The notes beneath the pieces are model-generated. The model worked only from the letters and a program-made list of their open reading frames with translations. It ran no database searches and was not told where the DNA came from. A stretch of 64,000 nucleotides of DNA. Source: the human T2T-CHM13v2.0 reference genome, Homo sapiens. This document shows, in pieces, positions 16,851-32,492 of this stretch. Made by a program: the position numbers and the translations under genes. The stretch lies in NCBI RefSeq assembly GCF_009914755.1, contig NC_060937.1; one strand, written 5' to 3'. How positions within the stretch are numbered: the first letter of the stretch is position 1; each line of letters begins with the position of its first letter.

Positions 16851-18664
16851 CATTTATTGTCACTTGGGATTTTAGGAAATATCAAATAAGGTAACAATGA
16901 GAAAGTATTTTAAAGTAATATACAACTCTTAGAAAATGTCATAGTCTCAAATAACTACTTTCCTTAGAAAGTGTACTTCTCCATATATCATTTAGAGAAT
17001 GTGTCTTCTCAGTCTACAGTTATTGATAATATCAACAGTAGTATATGGGAAAAAATAGAGAGATAATTCAGAGGTCATATTAAAATTTAAATCTTGTTTT
17101 CTTTTCTATTAAATACTAGGAACAACAATTATTTCTGATTTATTTATGCCCTACTCTGTTATTAAAATATTTCAACAGATTAACAATATAGATTACAAGG
17201 CAAACAAACAGATTTCCAAATGTCTTCACTTTACTTCATATTAGCTTTCTGCACAATAGAAACTCAACTGACCTCATGGATTTTTCTACCGTTGGGACTT
17301 TTCTACCAAAGAAATTAACTTAATAAGTAAATTAATCTTTATAGTACCTAAAGTAATTATTATTTTCTTTCAAAGAAAATGGCAAAAAAATAGAAATGGG
17401 CTATGGCTTGGACAAATTATATAAATTACGTCTTCTCAAAAATGTAATTGGCTACTTTAACATAAAAAAGGGTTCAAATAAATTTGACTGGAAGTGTTTT
17501 TTTTCTAGTACACAGTGCAAGATTCATAGAATTCATATTTTATAAAAATAGTTCATGCAGGTGAAGAAAACTGTGCTCAAATTTGTGCTGAAACACCAAT
17601 TGGAATCAGATGGCTTAAAAATCTATATAAGCTCAATGAGAAAATAAGATTAGTGAAAAAATCGCTTCTTTTTTTAATGAACATGCTCACTATGCTACCC
17701 ACTTATAGTAAATTATGCAATGTAATGTTTTCTCAGAGGAAGATGTAAGAAGAGCAACATGTATATCACAAAAGACAAGGCTTATTCTTTATTTGTTTTT
17801 TTAAGTTTATTTAAAATAAAATATATTTTAAACACATTTAAAGAATTTCTTTAAACAATAAAAAATGCCTCAATTAATTTATTTTTATAATTTCCAGTAA
17901 ACTATTTGAATATCAGATTTCTTCAAATAAAAGCATTAATTTATTTCTGGATTACATAACATTGACATATATTAAGATTAAAATTTTTAATGTGCACTGT
18001 TTGTAGTTGTTCCCTGGTGTTCTTTTAACAATAAATTAAATTTATTTATTTAGAATATTAACCATCACACTATAAGGAGAGTAAAATTTAAAATATAGAC
18101 ATTCTTTCTAAACACCCCAAATCTGATTAGAAACAGTACAGTTATGCCAGCAAGAATAAGGAAAGTCAATTACATTTTGTGGTATGAGGAACAAAATGAG
18201 TTGAGGGAGAGAGTTCTGTGTTTTATGGTGGAAACTAATTTAGTATAGGCATTAAAGAATGGAGCAAATTTGAATGATTCTTATGAGGTGAGACAATCAT
18301 ATATGTTGGGAAAATATTACAAAAACATGGTCATGATATGTATGTTTGGTGAAAGATAAACATATCAGTTTGTCATAATCAAAGCAGTCATATGAAAAAT
18401 GATGGAAGACAATGCCAGATAGAAAAAAATATGGTCAGGTACTAGGACAGCCTTAAATGCTAAGCAAAAGTAAATAATTTGATACAATAAGAAATAAATT
18501 GTCACTAAAGCACTGGGATAGTACTAGACTAATAGTATCATTCTACTGAGTAAAAAGGATTTTAATTATATAATATTTAAAATATATAGACATGTATTCA
18601 AAAACTTTGAAACTTTTTCTGTTGCCTTAAGTCAAGGTAAAAAGTATATCATTTAATTATAGCA

Positions 18665-18785
18665 ATGATAACAAAATAATAATATTGAGTGCTTACAAAA
18701 TTTTAGACTCTATACTAAAGGCTATTTGTGTATTAACTTGTTTATTCCTTGCAAATTCCTTTTTACAGAGGAGAATACAGCTCTA
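18665..18785 (-). mobile_element. MIR fragment
   Basis: atattgagtgcttac...tttttacagaggagaatacag. Confidence 0.5.
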
Positions 18786-21700
18786 TAGTTCAACTTCTGT
18801 ATCTCTACCCTCCAATGCAGCTATAAGTTTTATAAGTAAGCCTCATACTTAATAGAAAAAAACCTCAATATCCATTTTCAATATTTTCTCTCCATAGTTT
18901 GAATTTGTTTGAAAACAATTATTTTCTTACTCATTGTTAAAAGGTCGCCTTTATTGTGAAGATACCTGCATCTTCTATTTATTTACTCAAAGAATATCTA
19001 TTAGGTTTCATATGACAGAGAGCCACCTGTCATTGATAAAACATGTCAACAATTTTGAATAATTGCTTTCTTTCCTTCTTTCCTTGGTAAAAGAAAAATT
19101 CAAAATTCACCTTAAAGTTTAATAAAGCCTTTCACGGTTACCTTCTGGTAACCATGAAAACTCTGTGTGGTTCAAAATTTGTGACTCACTGTTTCATTGT
19201 GATATATTTTAAAGATTCTAATATATTTCAAGGTCTATTCATATAAATTTAGCTACATCAAAAATAACTGATATTATATGCTTTAACTGCCTTTGATGCC
19301 TGTTTCTTCTTTTGAATATGCATGCTTAGATTTAGCTTTTTAAATATTTACTTATTTTTATTGATACAGAATAGATGTCATATTTTCAAGGCACTTGAAA
19401 TATTATGATACATTCATATAACGTGTAATAGTACAATCAGTGTCATTTGCATATACATCACCTCAAACACCTTTTCTTTCTACTGGGAAAATATGAATTC
19501 TTCTAACTATTTTGAAATAACAATAGATTATTTTCAACTATAGTCACCCTACTTTATTTTTTAAATGCTAGATCTTATTCCTTTTATCTACCTGATTTTT
19601 GTAACCATTAATAAACTTTTCTTTATACTTTCCCTTCCCCTACCTTTTCTGGCCTCTAATAACCACCAATCTACTCTCTATTTTCCTGAAATCCACGTTT
19701 TTAGCTCCCCTGTATAAGTGAGAACATGGAATATTTATCTTTCCATGACTGGTTTATTTCACTTAACATAATGACCTCCAGTTTTTTCCATGTTGTTGCA
19801 AATGACATGATTTCATCCTTTTTATGGCTAATAATATTCCATTGTGTATATATGCCATGTTTTCTTTATCCATCCATCCATTGATGGATACTTAAGTTGA
19901 TTTTCATATTTTGAATATTGCAATTAGTGCTGCAATAAACATGAGAGTGCAAAAATCTTTTGATATATTCGTTTTCCTCCTTTTGGATATACATCCAGTA
20001 GTGGATTGTTAGATCATATGGTAGTTCTATTTTTAGTTTTTTGAGGAACCTCTATACTGTTTTCCACAGTGGTTAATTTATATTCTCAATAACAGTGTAC
20101 AGGAATTGCCCTTTCACTATTTGCTTGCCAGCATCCATTATTTTTTGTCTTTTGGATAAAAGCCATAACTGAGTTGAGATGGTATTACATTGTGGTATTG
20201 ATTTGCATCTCCCTGATGATTAGTGATGTTGAGCATCTTTAAAAATGTATCAATTGGCCATTTATGCCTTATTTTGAGAAATATCTATTCAGATCTTTTT
20301 CTCATTTTTTAATCAGATTATTTCTTTTTTGCTATTGAGCTGTTTGAGTTCTTTATATATTCTGATTATTAATCTTTTGTAGGGTAGATAGTTTGCAAAT
20401 AATTTTTCCCATTCTGTAGATTTTCTCTTAACTTTATTATTTCCTTTGCTGTGTAAAAGCTTTTTAGCTTGATGTAATCTTATTTGTTCAGTTTTGCTTT
20501 TGTTGCATGAGCTTTTGAGGTCTTACCCCAAAATATCTTTGCACAGACAAGTATCTTGAAGCATTTATCCCAATGTTTACTTCCACTTATATCATAGTAT
20601 CTGGTCTTAGAATTAAGTCTTTAATCCATTTAGATTTGAATTTTGTATAGGATGAGAGGTAGGATATAGCTTTATTCCTCTGCATAGATTACCCAGTTTT
20701 CTTGGTACCACTAATGGAATAGAATGTCTTTTTCCCAGTGGATGTTCTTGGCACCTTTGCTGAAAATGAGTTAGCTAAAAGTGCATACATTTATTTCTGT
20801 TATTACCATGCTGTTTTGATTTATATGGCTTTGTAGTATATTTTGAAGTCAGGTAGCTTGACACCTCCAGCTTTGTTACTTTTGTTCAGGATTGCTTTGC
20901 CTATTTGGGCTTTTTGTCATTCCATACAAATTTTAGGATTTTTCCTATTTTTGTAAATCATGTCATTGTTTTTTGATAGGGATTACATTGAATCTATAGA
21001 TTGCTTTGGGTAGTATGGTCATTTTAACAATCTTAATTCTTCCTATCCATGAGCATAAACAACTTTTCCATTATTTTGTGTCCTCTTCAATTTCTTTCAT
21101 CAGTGTTTTATAGTTTTCCTTGTAGAGATATTTCACTTGTTTAGATATATTTACTCCTATGTATTTTACATATTTTTGTACCTATTATAAATGAGATTGT
21201 TTTCTTTATTTCTTTTTTAGACTGTTGTTCACTGTTGGTATATAGAAACAGTGATACTGATTTTTGAAAGTTGATTTTATGTTGCACAACTTTACTAAAT
21301 TTATCAGTTCTAACAGTTTTTTGTACAGTCTTTAGGTTTTTCTAATATAAGATCATGTTATTTGTGAACAAATATAACTTGACGTTTTCCTTTTTAACTC
21401 AGATGCCTTTATTTCATTCTATTGTCTAATTGCTCTGTCTGGGACTTCTAGCATTATGTTGAATAAAAGTGATGAATATTGGTATTGTCTTGTTTCAGAT
21501 GTTAGATGAAAGGCTTTCAGTTTTTCCTTATTCAGTATAATGTTAGCTGTGGGTTTCTCATACATGATTTATATTGTTTTGAGTTATGTTTCTTTTATAC
21601 CCAGTTCGTTGAGAGTTTCTGTTAATGTGAAGAATCATGTTTATTGATTTATATTGAGCCAAACGTGCATCCCTGGAATGAATCCCACTTGATCAAGGTG

Positions 21701-23344
21701 TATGTTCTTTTTAATGCGCTGTTTAGTTTAGCTTGTATTTTGTGGAGGATTTTTGGTATATATGTTCATCAGGGAGCTAGGTCTGTAGTTTTTTGTTATT
21801 GTTGTGCCCTTGTCTGGTTTTGGTATTGGGATAATGCTAAATGGGACAGAATGAGTTTGGAAATATTCCCTCTCCTTCAATTTTTTGAATAATTTTAGTA
21901 GAAGTAGTAAAAATGTTTGGTAGAATTCAGCAGTGAAGCCATCAGGTCTTGAGCTTGTTACGTGTTATTGGTTGGTTCAGATTTTCTATATCTTCACTGT
22001 TCAATCTTAGTAGGTTGTATGTGTTATAAAATTAATTTATTTATTTTAGGCTTTCCAATTTGTTGACATAATAGTCTCTAATGTGCCTTTTGTTTCTGTA
22101 GTATCATTTGTTTTATCCCTTTGTATTTCTCATTTCATTCATTTTTGGTCTTTTCTCTTTTTTCCTAGTTTGCTTTAACTTTTTTCAGTTGTGTTTATAT
22201 TTTAAAACATGAACTTTTCATTTGTTGACCTTTTGTATATTTTTTAGTCTCCATATCAATTTATTTCTGCTGTGATTGTTTTATTTCCTTCTTTCTACTA
22301 ATTTTGGGTTCAGTTTGTTTTTGCTTTTTTAGCAATTTAGATGAATCACTAGGTTGTTTGTTTAAAGTCTCTCTACTTTTTTGATATAGATGTTTATTGC
22401 TGCAAACTTCCCTCTTAGTTGTTTAATTTCCATGTATTAGTGTACTTTCCAAGGTTACTTATATTATTGATTTCTGGTTTTATTCTGTTGTGGTCAGAAA
22501 ATATACTTTAGATGATTTCAACTTTTTAAAATTCGTTGAGACTTGTTTTGTGGCCTAACATATGGTCTATTCAGAAGAACATTCCATGTGCTAATGAAAG
22601 AAATTAGTATTCTGCAGGAGTTGGGTGAAACATTCTGTAAGTATTAGTTAAGTGTATTTGGTCTAGTATGTAATTTTTTTATTGATTCTTCTGTCTGCAT
22701 CCAGATTTTCTGTCTCTATCCCATTACTAACAGTAATGCGTAGAAGTCCCCTACTATTATTGCATTGCAGTCTCTCTCTTGCTTTGTATATATTAATATT
22801 TGCTTTATATCATTTATATCAAGGTGTTCCCATGTAGAGTGCACATATATTCATAATTGTTACATAGTCTTGCAAAATTGATTCTGTTGTCATTATATAG
22901 TGACCTTCTTTGTCTCTTTTTACAGTCTTTTAATCTGATGTAAGTATAACTACTACTGCTTTTTTTGGTTTCCATTGGCATGGAATATCTTTTTCATCTT
23001 TTCACTTTCAGTCTGTGTGTGTTTTATAGTTGCAGTGGGTTTCCTGTAAGCACCATATAATTGGGTCTTTTTTTTCTTTCATCCATTCAGCCACTCCGTC
23101 TTTTAATTGGAGAATTTAGTCCATTTACACTCAATGTTATTATTGATACATACAAACTTACTACTGCTGTTTTGTTACTTGATTTCTGGTGTTTTGTAAC
23201 TCTTCTCTTTTTTTCTTCCTTTCTATCTTTCTTTGTATTTAAATGAAGTTATTTTTAAAAAACTGAAAGAAACTAAAAAGCTTTACACTTTCTATAATCT
23301 TCTGCACATATGGACATTTTTTTAAACTCAGTTTATACCTTATA

Positions 23345-23949
<605 letters not shown>

Positions 23950-26900
23950 TAGATTTTTATATTGCCCATCTCTTAACAAGTTTCTGTAAATATTATTTTA
24001 ATAGATTTGTTTTTTTACTCTATAATAGAGATATACTTACTATACTTACTATTACCAGTGGGTTTTATACCTTCAAATGTTTTCTTTTTGCATATCAGTG
24101 TCTTTTTCTTTCAGAACAAATAATTTCTTTTAGTATTTATTTTAGTATTTTTTTTTTTAGTATTTGTTGTAGTATTTCTTTTAGTATTTGTTGTAAGATG
24201 GATACAGTGTTGATTAATTCTCTCAGCTTTTGTCTGGGAAAGACTTTATGGCCCCTTTACATTTGAAGGATAGCTTTGCTGGGAACAATATTCTTCTTTA
24301 GCAGTTTTTCTTTGCATACTTTGAATATGTCATCCTATTCCCTCCTGGCCTATATGGTTTCCATTAAGAAGTCTGCCAGATAAATTGGAGCTCCTTTTTA
24401 TCTTATTTTATTATTTTTTTCTTGTTGCTTTTAGGATCCTGTTTTTCTCCTTGGACTTTGGTTGTTTATTATATGCCTTGTGGTAGGCTCATTTGGATTA
24501 AATATTTTCAGTGATCTCTGCCCTCCTGTGCTTGGATATTTATATCTTTTTATACATTTGGAAAATTTTCTTTTATTATTTCTTTGAATAAGCTTTCAAC
24601 TCCCTGCTCTTTTTCAACTCCACTTGAACATCAATGATTCTTAGATTTTCATTCTTTTTCATTCTTTATTCCTTTTTTTCCCTCTGACTGTGTATTTCCA
24701 AAAAGCCTGTCTTCAAGATCATTGAATCTTAACTCTGTTCAATCTATTGAGCTGTTAAAAATTCGAATGTGTTATTCAGTTCCACAAATATATTTCTGTT
24801 TCAGGATTTCTGCTTGCTTTTTAAAAATTATTATTTCAATCACTTTGTCAAAAGTTTCTGAATTGCTTCCCTGTGTTATCTTGAAGTTCACTGAATTTTC
24901 TTACTGCTAATCCTAATTCTTGATCTGAGAGCTCACATATTGCCATTGAACACTGTCACACTAACTTCTTGCTTTGTCCATTTGGGGAGGTCATGATTTC
25001 CTCTTTGTTATTGTTCTTGTGAATGTGTGTCTGTGTTTTTGCTTTGAAAGATAGTAATTTATTTCAGTCTTCTATGTCTGACTTGTTTTAGTTTTTCTTG
25101 AATATGTTTGCTTACAGATTGCTTGCAGTTTACCCACTGAATTTTCTTTATGCTAGGTTACTGTTTTCTTTTCAGCAGATGGTGTCTTAAGCCCAGTTTT
25201 GCCTCAGCTGTAGCAAGCATTCAGAATGCTTCTTGTCCCAGTGGGGGAGGTCCCAAGGGGAATACCCAAGCTGTGTGTGAAGGTTGGCTAGCGCTTTGTG
25301 CCTAGGGGGCCCATGGAGCATGCCTCCTACCACATGGTGCTGCTGAACAGCCACTTTGGTTTGGTGTTTTCTTTGGCTGAGATGAACAGCAAGGTTTTTC
25401 AGTCTGAGGATGCTCATTCCTTTGTCACTGGCTGCCCTCAGGGTTTTTGTTTGTTTCTTTGTTTGTTTTCCTTTACTGGTACTTGCAATGTGTCCTGTGA
25501 GTTGAGGAAAAGACAATTCTCATGTGCAAAGTAATTCATGGTGGTGGGGAAGCTGGTTGTCTGCCTTGATATTACTTACTTCATTGTAGAAACTACGAAT
25601 CCAGGAGAAACTTTCTATGAATATGACGCCTGGCAGATTGGAGAAGAGTCATTGTGGATACAGAAGTCCAATTTTCTTACCATCTGCTAGAAGTTTTTTC
25701 ATTTCTCTATTGTTCTAGAGACGGTCCCTTCCTACGATTTGAGTTCTGGGTTATTGCTCGTTGTAATCTTGGTGCAAGATATTTGGTTTTGGTTTTCTAC
25801 AGAGAGGAATGAAGCCAGATTGCTTCCACTCTGCCATTTTGGTGATGTCACTTTCCTCAATGTCTTTGTTACAATAAGGCCTGTGAATTCTGTGTTAGAG
25901 AAATATCTCTTACACCTTATTTCTGAATTCTTAAAAATATTCTATTCAAAGAAGGAATCATACCAGTGGTTAGTCTTCCATGGTTACTTGAGAAAATATA
26001 TTCTGAATTACCTACTTTTTCAGTAATTTACACTAAAAATAGTTGTTTTTGTATTTTCTTTATTGAAATAAAGAAAATTTTGTTTTTTTGTTTGTAAATT
26101 TGTAATTTTGTGTATTTTGTTTGTAAACATGTCTTCAAATATTTAAAATTTTGTTTTGTCTTTCAAAAGTATGTTTTGAGCAATGAATCTGGTTCAATTA
26201 TTAGTCGTATTATTTTCCACATAAATTTTAGATTTTTTAAAATTACTCAAGGAAAAATAAGTATTCATTTAATACTATGCAGCTTCTTATTTTTAATATT
26301 TTATTGTTGGTAACCTTAAAATATGTTTCTAAAATTTATCATTAAGTGAAGTAAAATTTATTAAAGTTTTTACTAAATTTATTGTGTAATTTTAAATATT
26401 GTTAAAAAAAGATTTAAAGAATATTTTCAAATTTTGTATAGTTACTGTTTATAATTGTGCATCTGATTATAGTGTCATTCTATGTTTATCATATATCTTA
26501 CTGTATTATATACTATAAGATCAAGATTATGGTTAATATCAGTGTTTGCAAATCCATGATTCATACAGACACTTAAAAACGTTGGCTAGATGACTGATTT
26601 CTTGTCACCATTGATAAGATCATTGTTATTTTTACCTCATAATATGGCTGATGAAAAATATTCACCAAGAATGGGCAAAGAAAGTCGTTTACTTTTGTTT
26701 ATTTGTACTTGCACAATTACTAGTGTCTTCAACCTATGGTTTCCTTGTAGAGTTCTTTTAAAGCTACCTGTCCATTTCCTGAGAATATTTAGTTAAAATC
26801 ACATCATATATTCCATAATGTCATTAACCAGGTGCATATAACCTGACAAAAATGACAGAGGGTGCTACTGTCAACCACTTGACCATATAGAATTCTTATG

Positions 26901-27384
26901 CTTCCTAAAAATCTTGCTGGCCATATGTGCAAAGGGACCATCTGACCTATAACCAAGCAGTATGTTCACTGTCAATTCATACACCAAAAACCAGTAAAGT
27001 ACAACATCTTTATTATTATTAAAAGAAATGAAAGAGTTAATGCAATATACTCTCCCATTATATAATACTCTTTTTGTTTTTCTCTTGGGTACTACAGTCT
27101 CTGTTCAATGAGAAGTGTGAATTGAAATTGAAAGAGATTATTAGTGCAGAGATATGAGAAAGGAAGTTACTGGAAGAATCTCAATGAGATATGATAAATA
27201 CATGGAGACCATAATGACAGGTCCTACAATCAGTTTGGATTCCTATGAACAATTTTCTTAATCAACTTTATACCTCACCCACAAAGCACCTGAAAGATGC
27301 AACATATAATTTGGTTAATCTAAGCTGAATGTACCCTTTTCTTTAATCTTGAGCTACTAGATAATTTGTTCTTTATTTAATTTA

Positions 27385-27527
27385 AATCATTTATATATTC
27401 ATTCCTCTAACAAATATTTATTGGGAATAGTATATGTGGCAGGTATTTTTTTTCTTCTAGGCCCTGGCATACATACAGCATAAAGCAATTTAAACAGAAA
27501 CCTCTGTTTTGGGGAGCTTATGTTCAC
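27385..27527 (-). mobile_element. L2 3' end fragment
   Basis: ttcattc..aacaaatatttattg...ggagcttatgttc. Confidence 0.6.
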
Positions 27528-28054
27528 CATCTACTGTCAACATTCCCATCTCCCAAATACTGTTCCCATTTCTAGGGATAAAGGATAAATAGCTGGGGCC
27601 CCAGGACCTCATAGTTTAGTTGAGGAGTTAAAAATGCCAAAAGTAAAAATAAATTTCAGAGCTCTACCAGATAACAAAAGAGTAAATCAGACCTTTAAAT
27701 TGCCTATTATATGATGAAAGAAATGCTGTATTCATCTTAGTGATTGATTATAGTAAAGAAAAAAGAAGCAGTAAAAAATCAAGTGGCTGGTACGCTACAA
27801 AAGGGATCACACTTATGCCAAAAAATACAGCTACAACAAAGGAAGATAATGAGATGATGGCAAGCAAATTACGTGGGTTTTATTATACGTAGATTAGTTT
27901 ATCTAGAATTTCAGCTCATGGCTGTTTACATTTTGTAGATATTTGTTAATGCTAATTTATACATGTTTTCATATTTTCACATGATTATTAAAGCAGTTTT
28001 CCAAAATCTCTGATAATAAACCAGGAAGTTCAAAGCTTAAGAGAAGCTGGTGTG

Positions 28055-28359
<305 letters not shown>

Positions 28360-29688
28360 AGAAGCTGGTGTGATTAATTAGGCCTTAAACGCAATTCACC
28401 AAATTCCCTCAAAAGCTGTTATAATTCCAGCAATATATATTTTAAAAAGCGTAAGAGAAAGGAATACTGTGAGCTTAACTAAAGACAAAATTAATATTAA
28501 ATTGAAGTGTTTTTTAAAATATCTCAAAATGACATTCACAATTCTAAAAATGGTAGAGAAGTTGAGATAACTAGTAAGGGCTGTGAATAGCAATGCATCC
28601 CTGGAATGATGTGCATTGTGGCTAATGGTAATGTTGCTCAGGTGCATGGATTTTGTACATGAAGGAAGCTTTGACCCAGCATGTAATTAGTGAGTGTACA
28701 GAAAAAAGTGATATATAATTTTATGTATAATGCTGTGCTATTGAAAGGATTAAAAACTTTTTTATGTGTCTGCACATACAGCATAGTGTTTCGGAAAGCT
28801 ATTATTTCTTAAGACATATCAAACCTTTAATGATCATAGATTAACTAAATACAGTATTTGTATACCTATTTACTTTATCCCAGGTATTCAAAATTTATTT
28901 TAAAAAACTAGAGTATATAATTTTTGTTGAATTTTACACCTGCAATTGCAGGTTATTAATATAATTAAGTAGTCAAGTGTTTTTCGGGTCCCACTCATTC
29001 CTTAGGAGCTATTTAGAACCCTAGCCAATCCATCTTCTGTTTTGTGGACTCTGTGCACAATGAAGGAAGTCTATAAATAATAAATGACAAAAAATTACAG
29101 TATCATGAATTCAGCAGTAAGTGACAGAGCCTTACTGTATCATAGTGAAATAGCAGTATTTTCACACAAAATGCATCAGGTGAGGAATCTTTCTTTGTTT
29201 TAGTTTTATTTTTTATAGGAAAAATTCCTCCTTTATCAAAACACGTTTTTAAAGCCTCCTTCACAATTTATAAATGACTGTTTCAATATTATTGAGTGAA
29301 CATAGCATCTTTGATGTATTAAGTGACACTTGGTGCCTACTGAAACAGGAGAGGAAAGTCACTAGGAAGAATTCGGGTCAGAGATGGGAATTACAGGTAT
29401 CTTTCATGTAATTACTCATAAAATCACTTGCTAGCATAAGAGGGGGAATAATTATTCACGTTTCTTATGTTTTGATAATATAAATTGGTGTTTGGGAGCA
29501 CATAAAAAGAACCATGACATGAAAGCACAATCTATATTTTTCATAACTGTTATTGAAGTGTGAACCAGGCTTTAACTCAGTAAAGGAACCAGACCTTACA
29601 TTGCATATGTGTGATCATAGCAGTTGATATGTCTTTTATAACACACATTTTGCCTTTAATGACACTGAAATTTCTCAAAGCAGTCTGA

Positions 29689-30036
<348 letters not shown>

Positions 30037-30054
30037 GAGGTCTTTTTAATGGGG

Positions 30055-30282
30055 TATGCACATGTTCTCACTCATAAGTGGGAGCCAAACAGTGAGCACA
30101 CATGGGCATAAACATGGGAACAATAGACAATGTGGACTACTAGAAGGGAAAAAAACTACCTATTAAGCACAATGTTCACTTCCTGGGTGATGGATTCCAT
30201 ACCCCAAACAACATCACACAATATTCCCATGTAACCAACTTGTAATGTACCCCTTTATCTAAAATAAAAGTTTAAATTTAAA
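30055..30282 (+). mobile_element. L1PB-type 3' end fragment
   Basis: catgttctcactcataagtgggagc...aactacctatt...tctaaaataaaagtt. Confidence 0.8.
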
Positions 30283-30314
30283 ATTGATTAAGTAATTAAG
30301 TAATAATAAAATGG

Positions 30315-32020
30315 TTATGTGAACCAATGAGGTAAAAGACTTGTATACTGAAAACTGCAAAACATTGCTGAAAGAATTCAAAGAAGACACAAATAAATGG
30401 AAAATATTGTTTCATCAATTGAAAGATTTAATATTGTTATCAATATTACCCAGAGCAAATCTAAAGATTCAATTCAATTTCTATCAAAATCCTGATGTGT
30501 TTTGCACAAATAGGAAAATCTATTCTGAAATGAACACCACATGGTGAAAACAATTTTGAGAGAGAAGAACAAAGTTGGAGGTCTCACACTTCCTGATTTC
30601 AAAACTTACTACATAATATGGTAAAAAAAACAATGTGGTACTGGCATAAAGACAGACATATAGGCCAATCGAATAGAACAGAGAGCACAAAAATAAATCC
30701 TCACACATACAGTCAAGTAATTTTTGACAAGAGTGACCAGATCATTCAAGAAGACTTTTTTTTTTTTCAACAAACTGTATTGGAAAACCGGATATTCACA
30801 TGTATGAGAATGTTGTTGGATCCTTACCCTAAACCTAATGCAAAAAGTAACTCAAATTGGATCAAGGACCTAACCATAAGAGATAAAACTATAAACTGTT
30901 AGAAAGAAACAGTAGAAAACCTTCATGACTTCAGATTTCACAAAGATTGCCTGGATATAACACCAAAAGCTAAAGTTACAAAAGAAAATATAGACAAATT
31001 GGGCTACCGCAAAATTAAAAAATTTGTGAATCAAAAGACATTATAAACAGAGTAAAAAGGGAATATACAGAATAGGGGAATATACTTGGTAGTCATATAT
31101 TTGGTAAGGGGTTAATAACCAGGCTAAATAAAAAAAAAACTCTTACAATTCAACAATAACAATGAAGAAATAATTAAACAATGGGCAAAAATTTTGAATA
31201 GATATTTCTCCCAAGAAGATGCACAAATGGCCAATAACTACAAGAAAAGATGTTCAAAAGCACTAAATATTAAGGAAATGCAAATTAAAGCCAAAATGAG
31301 ATAGGCACTTCATGCCCATAAGAATGGCTACTTTCAAACAAACAGCCCATGTAATAAGTGTTGACTAGGGTGTGGAGAAATTGGAATACTAGTCCACTGC
31401 TGGTGGAAATGTAATATGGTGCAGCTGCTATGAAAAACACTGAGGAGTTTCTTCAAAACATTATAAATAGATCATCATAGGATCCAGCAATTCCACTTCT
31501 GGTATACCTAAAATAATTGAGATCAGGAATTCAAATAATTATTTGTGCACCCATGCTTGCAACAGCATTATTCACAATTGCCAACATGTGCAAAAAAACC
31601 AAGTGTCCCTCGACAAATAAATAGGTAAACAAAATGTGAAATATACACACCATGGAATTTGATTCAGCCTTAAAAAAGAAGAATTTCTGACACATGCTAC
31701 AATATGGATGAACCTTGAAGACATTATGCTAAGTGAAATGAGCTGGTCATTAGAACAAAACTATTGTATGATTTCAATTTTATGAGTTACCTAGAATAGT
31801 AAAATTTATAGAGAAAGACAGCAGAAGGGGCTGTGTGGTGGAGAAAAAGGGGAGTTATTGTTTAATGGGCATGACATTTTAGTTTTGATGAAAAGGTTCC
31901 AGAGGTGAGTGGTGACAATGGTTGCACACCAACATGAATGTTTTTAATACCACTGACTAGATACTTAAAATGGTTAATATGATAAATTCTGTTATGCTTA
32001 TTTCACCACAATAAAAAAAG
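30315..32020 (+). mobile_element. L1MB-type 3' fragment (ORF2 end plus 3' UTR)
   Basis: [17 protein letters not shown] and WYWHKDRHI.Q.NR remnants; 3' UTR ggttgcacaccaac..cttaaaatggttaa..caccacaataaaaaa. Confidence 0.85.
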
Positions 32021-32309
32021 TTTTAAAAATGACATATGTGTAGAAGGGGCGGTTCTGAGACGGCCGAATAGGAACAGCTCCAGTCTATAGCTCCCAGCGT
32101 GAGCAATGCAGAAGAATGCTAAGACTGCTGATTTCTGCATTTCCAACTGACGTACTGGGTTCATCTAATTGGGACTGGTTGGACAGTGGGTGCAGCCTAC
32201 AGAGTGTGAGCCAAAGCAGGGCAGGGCATCGCCTCACCCAGAAAGCACAAGGGGTTGGGGAATTCCCCTTCCTAGCCAAGGGAAGCCATGACAGACAGTA
32301 CCTGGAAAA

Positions 32310-32492
32310 TCAGGACACTCCTGCCCTAATACTGCTCTTTTCCAACAGTCTTAGCAAACAGCACACCAGTAGATTATATCCCGCACCTGGCTTGGCAGGT
32401 CCCATGCCCGTGGAGCCTTGCTCACTGCTAGCACAGCAGTCTGAGGTCAAACTGCAAGGTGGCAGCGAGGCTGGGGGAGGGGCACCCGCCAT
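32310..32492 (-). CDS. L1 antisense ORF0, truncated to 60 aa
   Basis: MAGAPPPASLPPCSLTSDCCAS matches the N-terminus of primate L1 ORF0; expression unknown. Confidence 0.75.
   Translation of the reverse strand: MAGAPPPASLPPCSLTSDCCASSEQGSTGMGPAKPGAGYNLLVCCLLRLLEKSSIRAGVS

Noticed and set aside
26768-26842. Minus-strand acceptor (ctctgtcatttttgtcag) and CAG/GTAGCT donor pair
   Set aside because: The donor is weak, all frames have stops and there is no other support.
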